A stretch of 64,000 nucleotides of DNA from Scyliorhinus canicula (Eukaryota). Under the pieces are notes generated by a model. The model did not search any database and was not told the origin of the DNA. It saw only the letters and a list, made by a program, of their open reading frames with translations. The position numbers and the translations under genes were made by a program. Position 1 is the first letter of the stretch, and every line of letters begins with the position of its first letter. The stretch is from the NCBI RefSeq assembly GCF_902713615.1, contig NC_052152.1, positions 65,506,818 to 65,570,817 on the forward strand, written 5' to 3'. Positions 1-12,953 of this stretch are shown here, piece by piece.

Positions 1-543
1 GTGCTGGGAGTTTCACAGCAGTCAGCTTTGCCATGGCCTTCTGTGTCTTTTAGAGATGCAGAAATAGCATGTTGACACTTGTTCCTGAGCTAATCTTAAC
101 CAATGATGAGTATTTACCACTTTTCTTCAGGTAGATAATACAAATCTCGGCAAATACCTCAGATGACAACATGGCATCTATATTTTTTGCAATATTGACA
201 TGTGTTCACCTCTTTTTGTTTCATCATGTACATTATCATAGTTTTCACACACCGCATGTATGTGTTTCTGATTGGATACCAGGTGGCCATTCTTATTGTT
301 TGAAGGTAACCACGGTGTACTGTCTGTTTGGATCAATCCACAGCTCTTTATAACTGCCTTTACTCTAGTGCACTGCCACTGCCAACTGTCCCACTGAAAG
401 CATGGTACTATTCCAGCCTACACTAGCCACCACAGATAAACGAGGATTGTAGCATTTTGTCTCGGATCTTTCTGGACTCCCATTCATGCACCCAATTAAA
501 AGATAAATATGAAATGTGGACGGCAACAATTCAAGAAGATATC

Positions 544-627
544 TCAACACCACCTTCTCAAGGGAAATTAGGGATGGATATAATTGCTGGCCTAGCCAGC
601 ATATCCCATGAATTACTTAAATAAAAT
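544..627 (+). mobile_element. 3' tail of a CR1/L2-group LINE
   Basis: caccaccttctcaagggaaattagggatgg...gctggcctagccagc...aaataaaa, the same tail as at 9205-9355. Confidence 0.65.
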
Positions 628-840
628 CTGATGACACCCCTCACTCCACGGCTCCATTTTTCAGTTGCTTAAGGAAAACTTATATCTCCTATATGTGATG
701 GCCACAAAGTGGCCACTCATTAAAAGGCCAGAAGTCCATGCCCATCATATTGGTATAGGAAAAATATTTCAGTCAAAACCCATGCCTAAAACCAGCTTTT
801 GGCCCTTTGCATATTCAAATATGGAGTGTATCACCTGTTT

Positions 841-1112
841 ATAATAATAATCTTTATTGTCACAAGTAGGCTTACATTAACATTACAATGAAGTTACTGT
901 GAAAAGCCCTTAGTCGCCACATTCCGGTGCCAGTTCGGGTACATGAAGGAGGATTCAGAATGCCCAAATTATCCAACAGCACGCCTTTCAGGACTTGTGG
1001 AAGGAAACTGGAGCACCCGGAGGAAACCCAAGCAGACACGGGGAGAATGTGCAGACTCAACACAGACAGTGACCCAAGCCGGGAATCGAGCCTGGGACCT
1101 TGGAGCTGTGAT
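841..1112 (-). mobile_element. tRNA-derived V-SINE, tail type 2 (…GTGACAATAAAGATTATTAT)
   Basis: HE1-like central core (GGGTTTCCTCCGGGTGCTCCAGTTTCC on the - strand), B-box-like GGCTCGATTCC, (TTA)n end. Head truncated. Confidence 0.85.
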
Positions 1113-1971
1113 GGCTCATTGCACAAAAGGAGTGCTGCCAGCCATATTCAGAAATTGCAGGTGGGACGAGTTCCCATAATTTTCTATCGTACACATACAA
1201 CTCAGTGGAGTTTTGTAAAATTGGTCCTGATATGAAACACCCAAAGCTAAGTAATTAGCCATTTTTCTCTTTGTACTTTGCCACACCAGTTAAAAAAATA
1301 GTAGCAAATTGAACAATATAGAAGTGATTAATCTTAGAAAAAGTACAGAGTACAAATATATATCATATTTCCCATGTAGCCAACTGACAGAAAAAAAGGC
1401 TCATATTCCAGCTTCTTGAACAAATGTACAGCCAAGACAAAATCACATTATGTGAATCGGAAATCAAGTACAGTCGCATTAAATTAAAGCCACAATATAT
1501 TTGTGAAAGTAAATTCAAATATAATTCAAATATGTAAAACTTGTGTGTTCACAATAAAATTCTATATTTCCAATATTTATGTCATGCATTGAAAACAGAA
1601 GAACAATGCTACTTTAATCAATTTTACATTTTGGTAATAAATAAATTCTCAATACTGTTAACATTAGGCGGTGCATGAACATATAAATATACAATTCCTT
1701 TGTCCATTATTTAAATGAGGCTATAGTTTTCAAATATTTTTTTTAAATGATTACATATGAATGGTGTAAGCACTGGTATGCACGTGGCACAGTTTAATGT
1801 TTGATTCAAGTGTTGTTGTAATGTTGCCAGGAGACACTGTCTACACATAGGAGCAGAAAGTCTGTCACCACATGCCTGGTGCCATTTCGTGTAAATCCTG
1901 GTTTTGGGACAAATTGCTTGTAGTTAGAAGTTGGACTGGAAACTCTTCCTGAGTTGTCAGGTGATCTGCTA

Positions 1972-1993
1972 TTATCCAGGACGATTTAATCGC
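1972..1993 (-). CDS. Candidate terminal coding exon of the CD200-like gene
   Basis: Acceptor tttgcatttttttctAG| at 1995/1994. In phase 2 it reads (R)RLNRPG-stop, a short tail as expected for CD200. An AT-rich UTR-like region follows (about 1230-1971). A phase-0 reading (AIKSSWIIADHLTTQEEFPVQLLTTSNLSQNQDLHEMAPGMW*) is also open. Confidence 0.5.
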
Positions 1994-3544
1994 CTAGAAA
2001 AAAATGCAAACAAATAAATTTGAGACACCAAAATGCAGAAATTAGATTTCATAATTTATAAAGCAACATAAAATGTGGAAGTTATGATTGTGGTTATGTG
2101 TGGGACATCCATTATGCCAAGGATCCCCTGAAGTGTTATAAAGATTTTAAATGACCTCACTTGATCACGAGGAATGTGCCTTTCACAAATGTGGTAATTT
2201 TCCTCCTACTGAGTCAGAAAGTACAGGGTCGACTGCCCGGAATAGCTCGTTTGCATAATAATTCAAGCATGAGGTGTAAACTCAAATTTGTTTTAAGAAT
2301 GACTGAAGGGAAAAATTGCATGCCAATTGTGTAAAGAAAAGAGGAAGAGATTTACAAGAGATTGTTACGCAAAACAAGTCCAAAATTTCCAAAAGCTTTT
2401 CATGCCTTCCACCACAGATCATATCGGCCAAATCTGAAATTTGTGTGGAACTGATTCTGCTTCTTTTGCCACCAGACGTCTCTGTTCAAAGGTGGGCACA
2501 GTTAACTGGGTAGATGACACTTAATTCACTCCCAAAGTTGCTACATTGGCTAGACCAAAGGCTACATCTGCAATAAGAGCCATCAATAGCTTTATGCTGT
2601 ATTGTGTCTATCAAAGAGTAACAGTACAATGCTCCTGTATACCATTTCCTAAATCCCCAAGAGGACAGGCCCAGACCACAGACAACCTAAATTACAATAA
2701 CTGAGGTCACTTAAATATGTGGAGTGAGGGTGTCAAGACAGTGAGGATGCCAATTGCTGGAAGCTCTGGCCAAAGAGAGAAGGCCCTGGAAGGGCTAATT
2801 TCCTGTGGGAATTAATTTAGCTTTCAGTGGTTAGTAATAAATCTCCTATGGGATTGACTAGCTTTCATTAGCAATGGTTCAGTTTTCCTAAAGCCTTCAC
2901 ACCAGCTTTCAGCTGACAAGAATGCCCCATGGTCATAGAAAAGGAGAGGTTGATGGAATTCACTTGGTAGCTTGTTAACTCCCCGAGAATCCCCAACACC
3001 ATTGATACATCATTTAAGATACATCCATGCTTCCTATTAGAAAATATGGAAGAAACAAGGCAGAATCGTGGTGAAATTAGTTTAAGCCCAAAAATCAAGC
3101 CACAGACAACCCACCCACTGTTTGCCAGAATCAAAGCTTGGGGGTTTAGAAAACAGGAGGTCAAGTGAGCTAACCAATATTCTGAAACCACCCTTTATCT
3201 GTACTGTATATGCATAAAAGGCCTTTTTATATTGAGCGTGCAAAACTTCTATGGTCAAAAATAATCTGTCCAGTGACTTATTTCCTTTCTTTTGAATTGT
3301 GAATTTCAAATTAGTTCTTCCTGATTTGGGACACCATAAGTAACAGGAAATTGCCCAGCTTCCTCTTTGAGGTTTGATAGAGTTGTGGGAATTTCAAAGA
3401 AAATTGAAGCTGAAAACACCAATACTAATCTGATCACCTTCCTCACTTCTGACAGGATCCAGACGAGCTATTTAATTGTATTTGTCTCCTCGGACTCAGC
3501 AAATTAGTAAAATTTTATTTCATACCCATAATTCTGAGGAACAT

Positions 3545-5350
3545 CAGCTGCGATTTAACAGCCATGTTAGCTGTGGGCACAATTCCCATAATGGTCGCTA
3601 AATCTCACAAGATGCCGGAAACGTGACTCTCGATGGGAAGATTTCAGTTTGCGATCTCCCCAGCCCCACTCCGATTACGCGATCAGGTTCATGCCCAGGA
3701 AGGGCGCACCTCTGATTTACATGCATTGCCATCTCATTACGAGTATTAGAACGCATTGTCCTCCCTTGTTGTATCTTCCCACCAAGCTCGCGTGATGTCA
3801 CGCTGACACAAATCATGACCGTTGTTGAAAAATGGAAAACTGGCACCATGACCTCTAAGAGGGAGGTTGGTGGTGATTGCACATGTCATCACTATCTACC
3901 AGGGAGTCCCAGGGGAGAGAGGGCACTGATAAATCTGGGGGATGGGGCGGGGGGGGGGGGGGGGGGGGGGAATCCAAGAAGAATGTAGCTGCGATTGATC
4001 TGTGATTGATCTTACGGGAGCCTGTAGCTCCGTTCACAGGGGTCTCTGAAGTCCATTTGCAGGAGTCTGTGGGTCCTAGAGATCAGGGGAGCCTGTAAGC
4101 CTATTCTGAAAGAACTTTCAGTGGTCCCATGCACATGGGCAGGAGGGCTAGAGACGCCCTCATCGCGATATGATTCTAGGTGGTCCAGGTTTAGGGAGGA
4201 CACTTGGTTGACCCTTCTGCATATATGACACCTCCTATGCTCCCAGGGGGTTCGTGAGGGCTAACAACCCAGGGAGCTTGTGATGCTAGCTGCCCATTCA
4301 ATACTAGAGCGTGATGATCTGCAGTGAGGAAAGAGCTGTGAAGCTCTTCGGAGACACTGAATATCTGACTCCTGTCTGGTTGATGGCAGCTTGCAAACTC
4401 CCTGTGAATTGGGTCATTTCAAAGCGATGATGCGCAGAGTTACTCGTCTCTCCTGATGCTGTCTCGGGGGACTGGGGGTTCGGTTAGAGATTTCCCTTTA
4501 TCATTACTGAGTGCAGCGAAACATCTTTACTGGGAGGACATCACAGCACATAGGGGATGGAGGTGATGCTGGAAGTCCCATTGCATCCGTAATGTTAGCT
4601 GCACCATTGCTGTCATCAATCAGTGCAGATTGGGCAGCCTAAAAGTGGTTAACAAAGGGGAATTTAAATACATTATGAGATCAAATATAAACAAACATCA
4701 GTGCTCTCCATCTCTAATGCCTAACATCACAAGAGCCCGCGTGTGCGACTACAAGTTCTTAACCCTCCTAACCCCACCACTACATCTAGGTGTCTCCCTA
4801 AGATCTGAGGTTGAGGTGGTCTGCTGTCTGCCATGTCATGGTGCCCGAGAGGACCATCCTCTGGAGGGCCAGGACTTGGTGGGCCCTGGCCTACTTGCGG
4901 ATGGCGCAGGTATTGTGGTGCCACCCTGATCTGTCTGCTGGGCTAGAGGCACTCAATATCTGGAAGGGGAAATCTGATAGACAGGACACTCCCAGGGTCT
5001 CCTGCCCACCTGTGCATAAATACTTGCCCTCCTCTCCTGCATAGCATCCAGCATCCATGTCAGTGCACCCTCGCCGAACCTTGCAGTCGGCTTTTTTGCC
5101 ACCATCCTCTTGGCTGGACTGTGAAAAAGTGCTGTGAGGCTGTTTAAATGCAGTGCTCCCTTGATGGAACTGCTCAGATGACCCCGGGACAGCCAATTCA
5201 GACACATGTTATTCCTGTTAAAAAAAGTGTCTTAACAATTCCGGTCCAGATCGAGTTAACGGGGCCGGCACGATTCACTCTGTTTTCCACACCGAAAATA
5301 ACACAGTCAAATTTTAGGAAGATTCCACCCACCGACCGTGAAATTGTATA
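3545..5350. mobile_element. Decayed, internally deleted PIF/Harbinger element
   Basis: Minus-strand Myb/SANT-like start MVAKKPTARFGEGALTWMLDAMQERR (ORF 4953-5207). Plus-strand RARDALIA, like a transposase C-terminus, near 4140-4175. Boundaries approximate. Confidence 0.55.
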
Positions 5351-5629
5351 AGGCTCAAAAATGGATGCAGGGATTGTAGTGTGCGATGAAACCATGTTTT
5401 TTTGCTTCTGCTGTAAGTAGTACACAAACCTGGTGCTACTAGCTCATTTAAATTATTTCTGTGTGCAGCCGGACTCACTATTGAATGGCTGCACGCCAGA
5501 CCAGTGAGAAGCTTGCACCACTTAATGTCAGCCTGCACTTCTTAAAGGGGAAGTGGCTGCAACAGGTGCTGGCACTGGTTACGGAAGAGAATCAGCGCAA
5601 GAAAAATACCAAATACTATGGCACAGTAT

Positions 5630-6190
5630 ATATTCCAAGGTTTTCTAATGCTGCACTGGAGGCTGTGGTCAAGAAGGAATATAGGAGGGGTGGCATGGTA
5701 GCTCAGTGGTTAGAACAGCTGCCTCACAACTCCAGGGTCCCGGGTTCAATTCTGGCCTCGAGTGACTATCTGTGTGGAGTTTGCACTTTCTCCCCATGTC
5801 TGCATGGGTTTCCTCCGGGTGCTCTGGTTTCATCCCACAGTCCAAAGATATGCAGGTTAGGTGGATTGCCATGCTAAATTGCCCCTTAGTATCCAAAAGG
5901 TTCGGATGGGTTATTGGGTTATGGGGATAAAGTGAAAACATGGGCTTGGATAGGGTTCTCTTTCCAAGGGCCGGTGCAGACTCGATGGGCTGAATTGCCT
6001 CCTTCTGCACTGTAAATTCTATGATTCTCTCGAAGGAGAAACATTGTCCATTGCAGGGTTCACGAGGCCCTGCGAACAACCGATCAGAAGGCAGTAGGAG
6101 TAGACAGCTGTGGTGGTCAATGCCAGGAGGATGGTTCCAAGTATCTAGATGTAGTGATGAAAGAGGTTCAATGACCTCGCACAGTGGTTA
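5630..6190 (+). pseudogene. Harbinger Myb/SANT-like gene relic interrupted by an HE1 SINE
   Basis: PRFSNAALEAVVKKE before the SINE; ...AVVVNARR...KRFNDL after it. Confidence 0.5.
5687..6026 (+). mobile_element. HE1-like V-SINE (CR1/HER1-type tail)
   Basis: tRNA-like head with A box (TAGCTCAGTGG) and B box (GGTTCAATTC), V-core, tail CTCGATGGGCTGAATTGCCTCCTTCTGCACTGTAAATTCTATGA. Confidence 0.92.
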
Positions 6191-6241
6191 AGGTCAGTGA
6201 ATGCATCTTGAGATGTCATATCCCACCAACTACATCAATTA

Positions 6242-6582
6242 GGGGCGGCATGGTGTCACAGAGGTTAGCACTGCTGCTTCACAGCACCTGGGACCCTTTT
6301 CTATTCTGACCGTAGGTGACTATCTGTGTGGAGTTTGCACTTTCTCCTCCCAGTTTGCGTGGGTTTCCTCCAGGTGCTCAGGTCTGCCCACAATACAAAG
6401 ATGTGCAAGTTAGGGTGGATTGGCCATGCTAAATTACTCTGTAGTTTTTAAAAGGTTAGGTGGGGTTACAGGGATGCGGGGAGAGGGCAGAGGAATAGGC
6501 CAAGGTGAAGTGCTCTTTCATAGGGTAGATGCAGACTTGATGGGCTGAATGGCTTCCTTCTGCACTGTAGGGGTTCTATGAT
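6242..6582 (+). mobile_element. HE1-like V-SINE
   Basis: Same head/core/tail organisation as 5687-6026, more diverged. Confidence 0.88.
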
Positions 6583-7299
6583 GGCCTCAGCAACTGCTCA
6601 ATTCACCACACCACAATCACTCGCCGACCAATACCCTTCTTCATTCGGTGCACATATCTAAGATTCATAGCTTCACCTCACACATTGCACTGTTGAAAGC
6701 TTGGCAAGCTATCTCACAACTTGCACACATTGCCAGCTATTCACGACAGCTCTATCAACCAAACACATTGTATCACACTCACAGACACACTACCCTCTCT
6801 CCTGCAGAACAAGGTGACACACAAAATGAGACAGCAGGAGCTATCCCAAGAGGGGCAGGTGAGTCTGATTATCCATTGGAAAAAGACAACGCTCCCCACC
6901 AATGGAGCAGCCATAATTTAGGCCTTGGCCAATGGTGGGGCTGAAACCATCCAAGATGACAGTACCCTCAGATCTCATTTTCCGTCTCATATCCCACTTC
7001 CTACTCATCCCAGAATCTCCTCATATTTACAAGTTGCAGGTGGTGTACCTGTGCACCTCTTACTGTCGCCCCACTCCACTCACCATAACTCTGTGTCCTT
7101 TTTCTATTCAGATCCCCTAGAGCTGCCATCTGGCCAGACAGTGGTAAAAGAGAAGAGGAGGGAGAAAGAGAAAGCAATGAAGAGTAGGAAGAAAGTGAAG
7201 GAAACTAGAAGTGGTGTGGATGAAACAGTACCATTCACCTCAACGCTCGCAGCCACCAGCCCAGACGCTGGGCTGGAATCTCTGGATTGTCAGCCGTAT

Positions 7300-7460
7300 G
7301 TTTCTTGACCACATGCCATTCGCTGGTGGCGGGATTCTGTCTTCCCTCCGATCGTCAATGGGATTTTCCATTGTAACCATCACATACCGCCACAAAACGC
7401 ATTGGCGGGAGTGTGCTGCTGGTGGGAAAATTATATCGCAACGGCCAAAGAATTTCGGCC
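7300..7460. mobile_element. Short palindromic Harbinger-type MITE fragment
   Basis: gcgggattc...caatgggattttccattg...agaatttcggcc; the related AATGGGA..TCCCATTG core recurs near 12136-12150 and 52375-52390. Confidence 0.45.
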
Positions 7461-7654
7461 ACTGACTCAGCAAGTACTTTAGAGGAAAGTAAAGAAGGAG
7501 GATGTGTGTGTAGTGAGACACCTGGTACAAACAGCCTGCATGGGACAAAGAGGGTGCCAGCTCATCAGAGGGCAAGGGCCGCACAAAGGGTTTACTGCAG
7601 AGGATTCAGTGAGTTATTCAGCACAGGATTTCCAGCCTCTGACCTGCTCTTTAT

Positions 7655-8245
7655 GTATTCATGCAGCTGGTACAGTGAAGTTTCTTGTCAATGGTGACCC
7701 CCAAGCTGTTGATAGTGGGTAGCCACTGAATGGCAAGAAAAAGTGGTTAGATTCTCTCTTTTTGGAGATGGTCATTACTTGACACTTGTGTGTATGAATG
7801 TTACCTGCCACTATTCAGCCCAAGCCTAAATGTTACTGATGGCTTGCTTCATGTGGGCACTGACTACTTCAGTATCTGAGAGGATACAAACGGAACAAAA
7901 CACTGTGCAATCATCAGCAAACAATCCCACCTCTGGCTTTATGATGGAAGGTGATTGGTGAAGAAGCTGAAGACAGTCTGACCTCGGACATTGCCCTGAG
8001 GAACACCTGTAATGATCGCCTAGGACAGAGATGCTTGGCTACCGACAACCACAAGCACCTTCCTTTGTGCTAGATATGACACAAGCCAGTGCAGAATTTT
8101 CCACCTGATTTTTATTGACTTCAACTTTACTAGGGTTCTGAGTATGTTCTACTCGGTCAAATACCGCTTTGTTGTCAAAGGCAGTCACTCCCACCTCACC
8201 GCTGGAATTCAGCTTTTTTATCCATTTTTGGCCAATGTTGGAATG
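7655..8245 (-). mobile_element. Degenerate CR1/L2-group LINE reverse-transcriptase fragment
   Basis: Minus strand gives GVPQGNVRG and GLFADDCT, with many stops. Confidence 0.75.
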
Positions 8246-8359
8246 AGGTCAGGAACTGAGTGGTTCTGCTTTGGCAAATGTTGTGCTGATGGAGGGTCTT
8301 GTTTTATTAAGAATTATTTTGCAAGTAGAAATATGTTTTCCACAACCCCTCAGCAGATT

Positions 8360-9180
8360 TATGGGCTCGATATACCAGCTGCATCCCACTGGAATCGGAG
8401 TAGGATGCAGCTGGTAAATCCCGGGAGAGGCCTCCCCCAGGAATCCCGACATCCAATATGCCCCGCAAGACCCAACCAGATCTCGCATTGTGTCACAATG
8501 GGCAGGATCCAGTCCCGCACAGCTAAATAAGTTTAAGAACTCACTTAGCCGTGCTGATGCCAGGTTGATTGACCACCCAGCATCTATCGACCTTGCTGAG
8601 GAGACCCCAGCCAGGCGCTGTTCAGTACTGGTCGCCACTGACGGGGACAAGGCGTATCTGAAGTGGGGGGGGTATGTCTCCCGGATGATCGGAGGCCCCA
8701 GGGTGGTTCGCCTCTGGTCAATGCAGTACCTTGGCACTGCTGGTGCCACCTGGGCACCCTGCTGTTGTCACCCAGTTGCAAGCCTGGACTGCCAGGATGC
8801 CCAGGTGTGACTGCTAGGCTGGCAGGGGCTCTGCCAGCATGCCAGACTGACCAAAGTGCCAACCTGACATTGTGCCCGTGTGTCCGGGGTAGTTCTGCCC
8901 CCCTATGTAGTGGGGTGCATTGGGGCTCGAGGAACCCCCAACAGTTGAGTTGGGGCATTTGGGAGGGTTTCTGGGGTTGCGAGATTGGGGTGCCATTTAA
9001 AAATGGCGTCCCAATCTCTTCCTGCACTGGGGAGCTCCAATTATCGGAGCTCCTCCGTGCAGGCAATGATGCTAAAGTGTGGTATTGGGGTCAAGACAGA
9101 AGGCTGTTAGATAGCGGGAATGACCCTGCTAATCTCGCCCAGAATGGACTCTGTTTTATTTTGATTAGATCACGCCATAG
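8360..9180. mobile_element. Non-autonomous element with internal GGCACTGCC/GGGCAGTGCC motif array
   Basis: Similar motif arrays at about 32220-32310, 41330-41450 and 63680-63830; no credible ORF. Confidence 0.45.
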
Positions 9181-9204
9181 CCTTTTACAATACAGATAAA
9201 AGTC

Positions 9205-9355
9205 TCCCTTCCTAATAGCACCATGGGTGTGCCTCCACTACATGGACTGAAGCCGTTCAAGAAGGCGGCTGACCACCACCTTCCCAAGGGCAATTTGGGA
9301 TGGGCTATAAACGCTGGACTTGCCAGGGACACACACATCCCGGGAAATAATTTTA
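9205..9355 (+). mobile_element. 3' end of a CR1/L2-group LINE (ORF2 C-terminus plus tail)
   Basis: SLPNSTMGVPPLHGLKPFKKAADHHLPKGN, then a tail matching 544-627. Confidence 0.7.
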
Positions 9356-9802
9356 AAATAATTTACGATGGAGCTGCCAGTGTAAACATTTGGCCGGTTT
9401 TATTGAACAGCAGAATATTTATTTGGTCTTCAGGATTTACCGACATATCCTATAAAGTTTCAAATGTTCCTTTCAATTAACAGAATCATTGAAACTACGC
9501 AGCCACCATAACGTTTGCTCCAATGTTTTTCTCCACATGAACGATCTCTTATTTTCTGTCTGCCTGATGGTACACTGTTGTGTTTATTATATGTGTTTTC
9601 AACAACTGTCCTTTCAAAATAACTAGTATGAACTCCGTGTGAACTATGGGGGTCGGATTCGCCATTTGGGAGACTAAGTATTGTCATCAGGACTGAATAG
9701 CCTGTCATTTGCTGAGGACATGAGTAAGTGAGTTAGGACATGCTAATGGACCAGCACTCTGCCGACTCGACTTCAGAGCAATTCCCAGCCCAGTGGCATT
9801 TC

Positions 9803-10106
9803 TATAATAATCTTTATTATTGTCACAAGTAGGCTTACATTAACACTGCAATGAAGTTATTGTAAAAATCCCCTAGTTGCCACAATCCGGCACCTGTTCG
9901 GGTACACTGAGGGAGAATTCGGAATGCCCAATTCATCCAACAAGCACGTCTTTCAGGACTTTGTGGGAGGAAACCAGAGCACCCGGAGGAAACCCACGCA
10001 GACACGTGGAGAATGTGCAGACTCCGCACAGATAGTGACCCAAGCCGGTAATTGAACCTGGGAACCTGGCGCTATGAAGCAACAGTGCTAACCATCGTGC
10101 TACCCC
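9803..10106 (-). mobile_element. V-SINE, tail type 2
   Basis: Full head (GTAGCACGATGGTTAGCACTG; B box GGTTCAATT), core and GTGACAATAATAAAGATTATT tail. Confidence 0.9.
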
Positions 10107-10149
10107 TCTGGGGCCAGAGCTAGAGCCAAAGAACCTACACTCCACTTAT

Positions 10150-10187
10150 CACACACCCACTGCAGCCATCAAGATGTCTCAAAGACG

Positions 10188-10251
<64 letters not shown>

Positions 10252-11245
10252 CCGGGCATCCCAAGGTCAAGAGTCCGAGGTGGATCCACTGCTCTGTGCC
10301 GGTGAGGAGAGGAGGGACAGCCTCTTACTCAGGATGGGCTACAGACTCAAGTCTGCCTTCCTGCATACTGCCTGGGAGGTGGTGGGAGAGGCAGTCAGTG
10401 CCAACAGCCTCACCAAGAAGAGATGGCCAGTTGTCTGGAGGGGATCACTGGTGAGGCCTCTGCCCTGAAACAGGCAACTAACCAAAGGCCACGGTGTGGG
10501 TGTCCTCTGATTGGGATGGGATCTGCTGACTCCCCCAATACCTCTGCAATGGGGCAGCGCTTCTAATAAGTGCCAATACTTGGCGGGCACCTGATTGAGC
10601 TTGGCCATGCCGATCCCCTCGATGAAACAGCTATGGTATGAGGGTTTACAGAGGGGTGGCTTGGGTGGGCTCCCAGTTGACCGAGGCTACCTGAGTATTC
10701 AAAGGGCACAGGTAACACCCAGCAGAGCGAACAGCCAAGGGCCTGTAAAGAGCACCAAATGGGTGCATTTAAAAGACAGAACTGCAGCAATGATGGTCTG
10801 AACCAGGCCACCCTGATCCCATGGACCTGGCACCAATTCGATCCCCGCTGCAACCCCCAGCCTGGGAAACCAACCCCCCCCCCCCAGCTAGCCCGACATT
10901 TCACAGTTTTTTAACCTCCCGCTCTCCCTCTGTAGCCATGGCGCCCAGACCCCACTTGTCAATACTTGCACAAATTCACGCCCGTGAGAATTCCACCTAA
11001 AAGGGATGGTGCATAGCTGAAGGGTGGAGCATACTGCGCCACTAATGACAATGAAATCCATGCAAATTTCAGTTTTGCATGGATCTGCCAGTGCTTGGCG
11101 TAAACATCAATATCTGCATCAGTGAGGGACCGGAGCATAGTGCCGAAATTGGTGCCGGATGCAAACCTTGATTTTTAAATTCACCCGATTCTCCGTCCAA
11201 TCACGATTTGCATTTTCAGCATCACGAAACGGAGAATTCAGCACC
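10150..11245 (+). mobile_element. Decayed Harbinger element
   Basis: Myb/SANT-like AWEVVGEAVSANSLTKKR (ORF 10280-10468), weak HARBI1-like LPVDRGY (10595-10801), TIR-like GGAGAATTCAGCACC near 11230-11245. Confidence 0.5.
10189..10250. repeat. Poly-C homopolymer, 62 nt
   Basis: Direct count. Confidence 0.95.
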
Positions 11246-11779
11246 ATATTTTATTATTAATAGATCCATCAATGGTGGGCGGAGGAGAGGAGCAGACCCA
11301 AGTAGGATGTAACTAACTGTTAAAATACTGACAGGTTTGCAATGAAAAATACTCACCATATAAATACAAGCACATCTGCTTATCTTGTAAGCATCAGACC
11401 ATAACACTTCCTGTAATTCACTCAAACATATTCTCAGGAATCAACCTGAGTTTTAAAAAAAAGTTCTGCTTTCTGAAAATATTTTTGAATTTGCATTCAG
11501 GGTTTTAACCTTGTTCTACATATTCAAATCTTGTCACATCAAACAAGCCTTGAGGGCATTATAGTAAGACTAGGTGCGGTTTAAAAAGATTGCAGAAGAA
11601 AGTAACAATTCCATGCATTACTGTCCAGTCACTGTGATAATGTAGATAAATACATGGGGTATACCCTATTCAAAAGTATGCTGATGAGCATAACCTCATA
11701 CCACTGGGGAGCCAGAAAAGGTGACATATGCTCATTAACTGGCCACGAGGACAATAGAGTCAGAGCTGCCCTTCGTCAA

Positions 11780-12405
11780 TCAATTATTTCTATGTTTTCT
11801 GGAAAAGCATCCCGCGGGCTCCCCGGCAGCCAGTGTGCCTCAAGAGATCTCAGTGGCCTAATAGCAGGAAACCATACATGAGGGACTGCGTTAATACCCA
11901 TGTGTCTGGGGGGTGATATTACCCATGGGCGGGGGGTGTGAGGGACCCACAAGCCCTCTCAGAGGCCGGGGCACCCTTTCAAAATGGTGGCCCAATCTCG
12001 GAAGAGCCGGTCTGGCCAACGAGTTCAGCTTCCCAGTGATGAAAATAATTCTAAGGCAGGATTAACCGACCACCCCGTCCCGTGTTTTTCGGCAGCGGAG
12101 ACGGCCCGCCCTGGGAGTTACCAAATCCGCCGTTGTCAATGGGATTTCCCAGTGACACCACCACTCGTCGCCGGGAAACCCGTGGGCCGGCGTGGGACTA
12201 GAATTTCCCGCCAGCGTGAAGAGCCTTTAAATCCCACTCTAAGTGTGGACTTGACCGGGGAGAAACTCCCCAGGGCCCAAAAAGGTGACTAATAAGTGCG
12301 GTTAGATAGCAGTCGGGAACTCGCTGGCAGAGCTGGCGGGAAACTCCCAGCAACACCCTCCACAAATGACACTTTGAAACATTTTCCCCCCTTAGATCGC
12401 GCCCG
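11780..12405. mobile_element. Harbinger-type MITE fragments
   Basis: GC-rich, shares the AATGGGATTTCCC core with other MITEs here; ends TAGATCGCGCCC. Confidence 0.4.
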
Positions 12406-12953
12406 TTATCTTTCTGGCAACCTACAACCGAGCTAATGCCAGACAAAGTGATATGCATTCCTTAACCGAGAAGGCTGAGAGTGGGCCCCTGATATTTGGG
12501 CAGCCATAAGGTCTCCATAAACTTTGCCCAAACTTACACCCTGAAGAAGACACTCCCATTTCACTGCAGAACATTAACACAACATGACAGACAGTAATCA
12601 CGAGTGATAAGTTCAACTGACTTTGTAGAAATATGGGGTGCTATGGGCTGTCTCTGACTTTGGAAGGGACCATTGTGTCCTTGTGGTCAGCCACTGCCCA
12701 CATCAAGGCAGGCAGCCCCTGGACTAATAGGGTATTGACCCACCACAGTCCATCTGTTCTAATGTGTCTTGGAGCTTAGTTCAACAAATGGACAAAATCT
12801 ATCACACCAGGCAAATTATAAAAAGAAATAAGATGTTAATTCTTCGATTAGTAAGCCGGAACATCAGGCCAGCTGCACAGGACTGACAGACAACTTGCAG
12901 CTGAGCGCAAGTCAGCTGTGATCGACATGGTACATGGGCTGAATATAGCTTAC

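Noticed and set aside
365-553. Minus-strand ORF as a host exon
   Set aside because: No recognisable domain or convincing splice pair, and its start overlaps a LINE tail.
10189-10250. 62-nt poly-C (also G/C runs near 3950, 39380, 48230) as functional G-quadruplexes
   Set aside because: They lie inside decayed repeats, and long homopolymer lengths are unreliable in assemblies.
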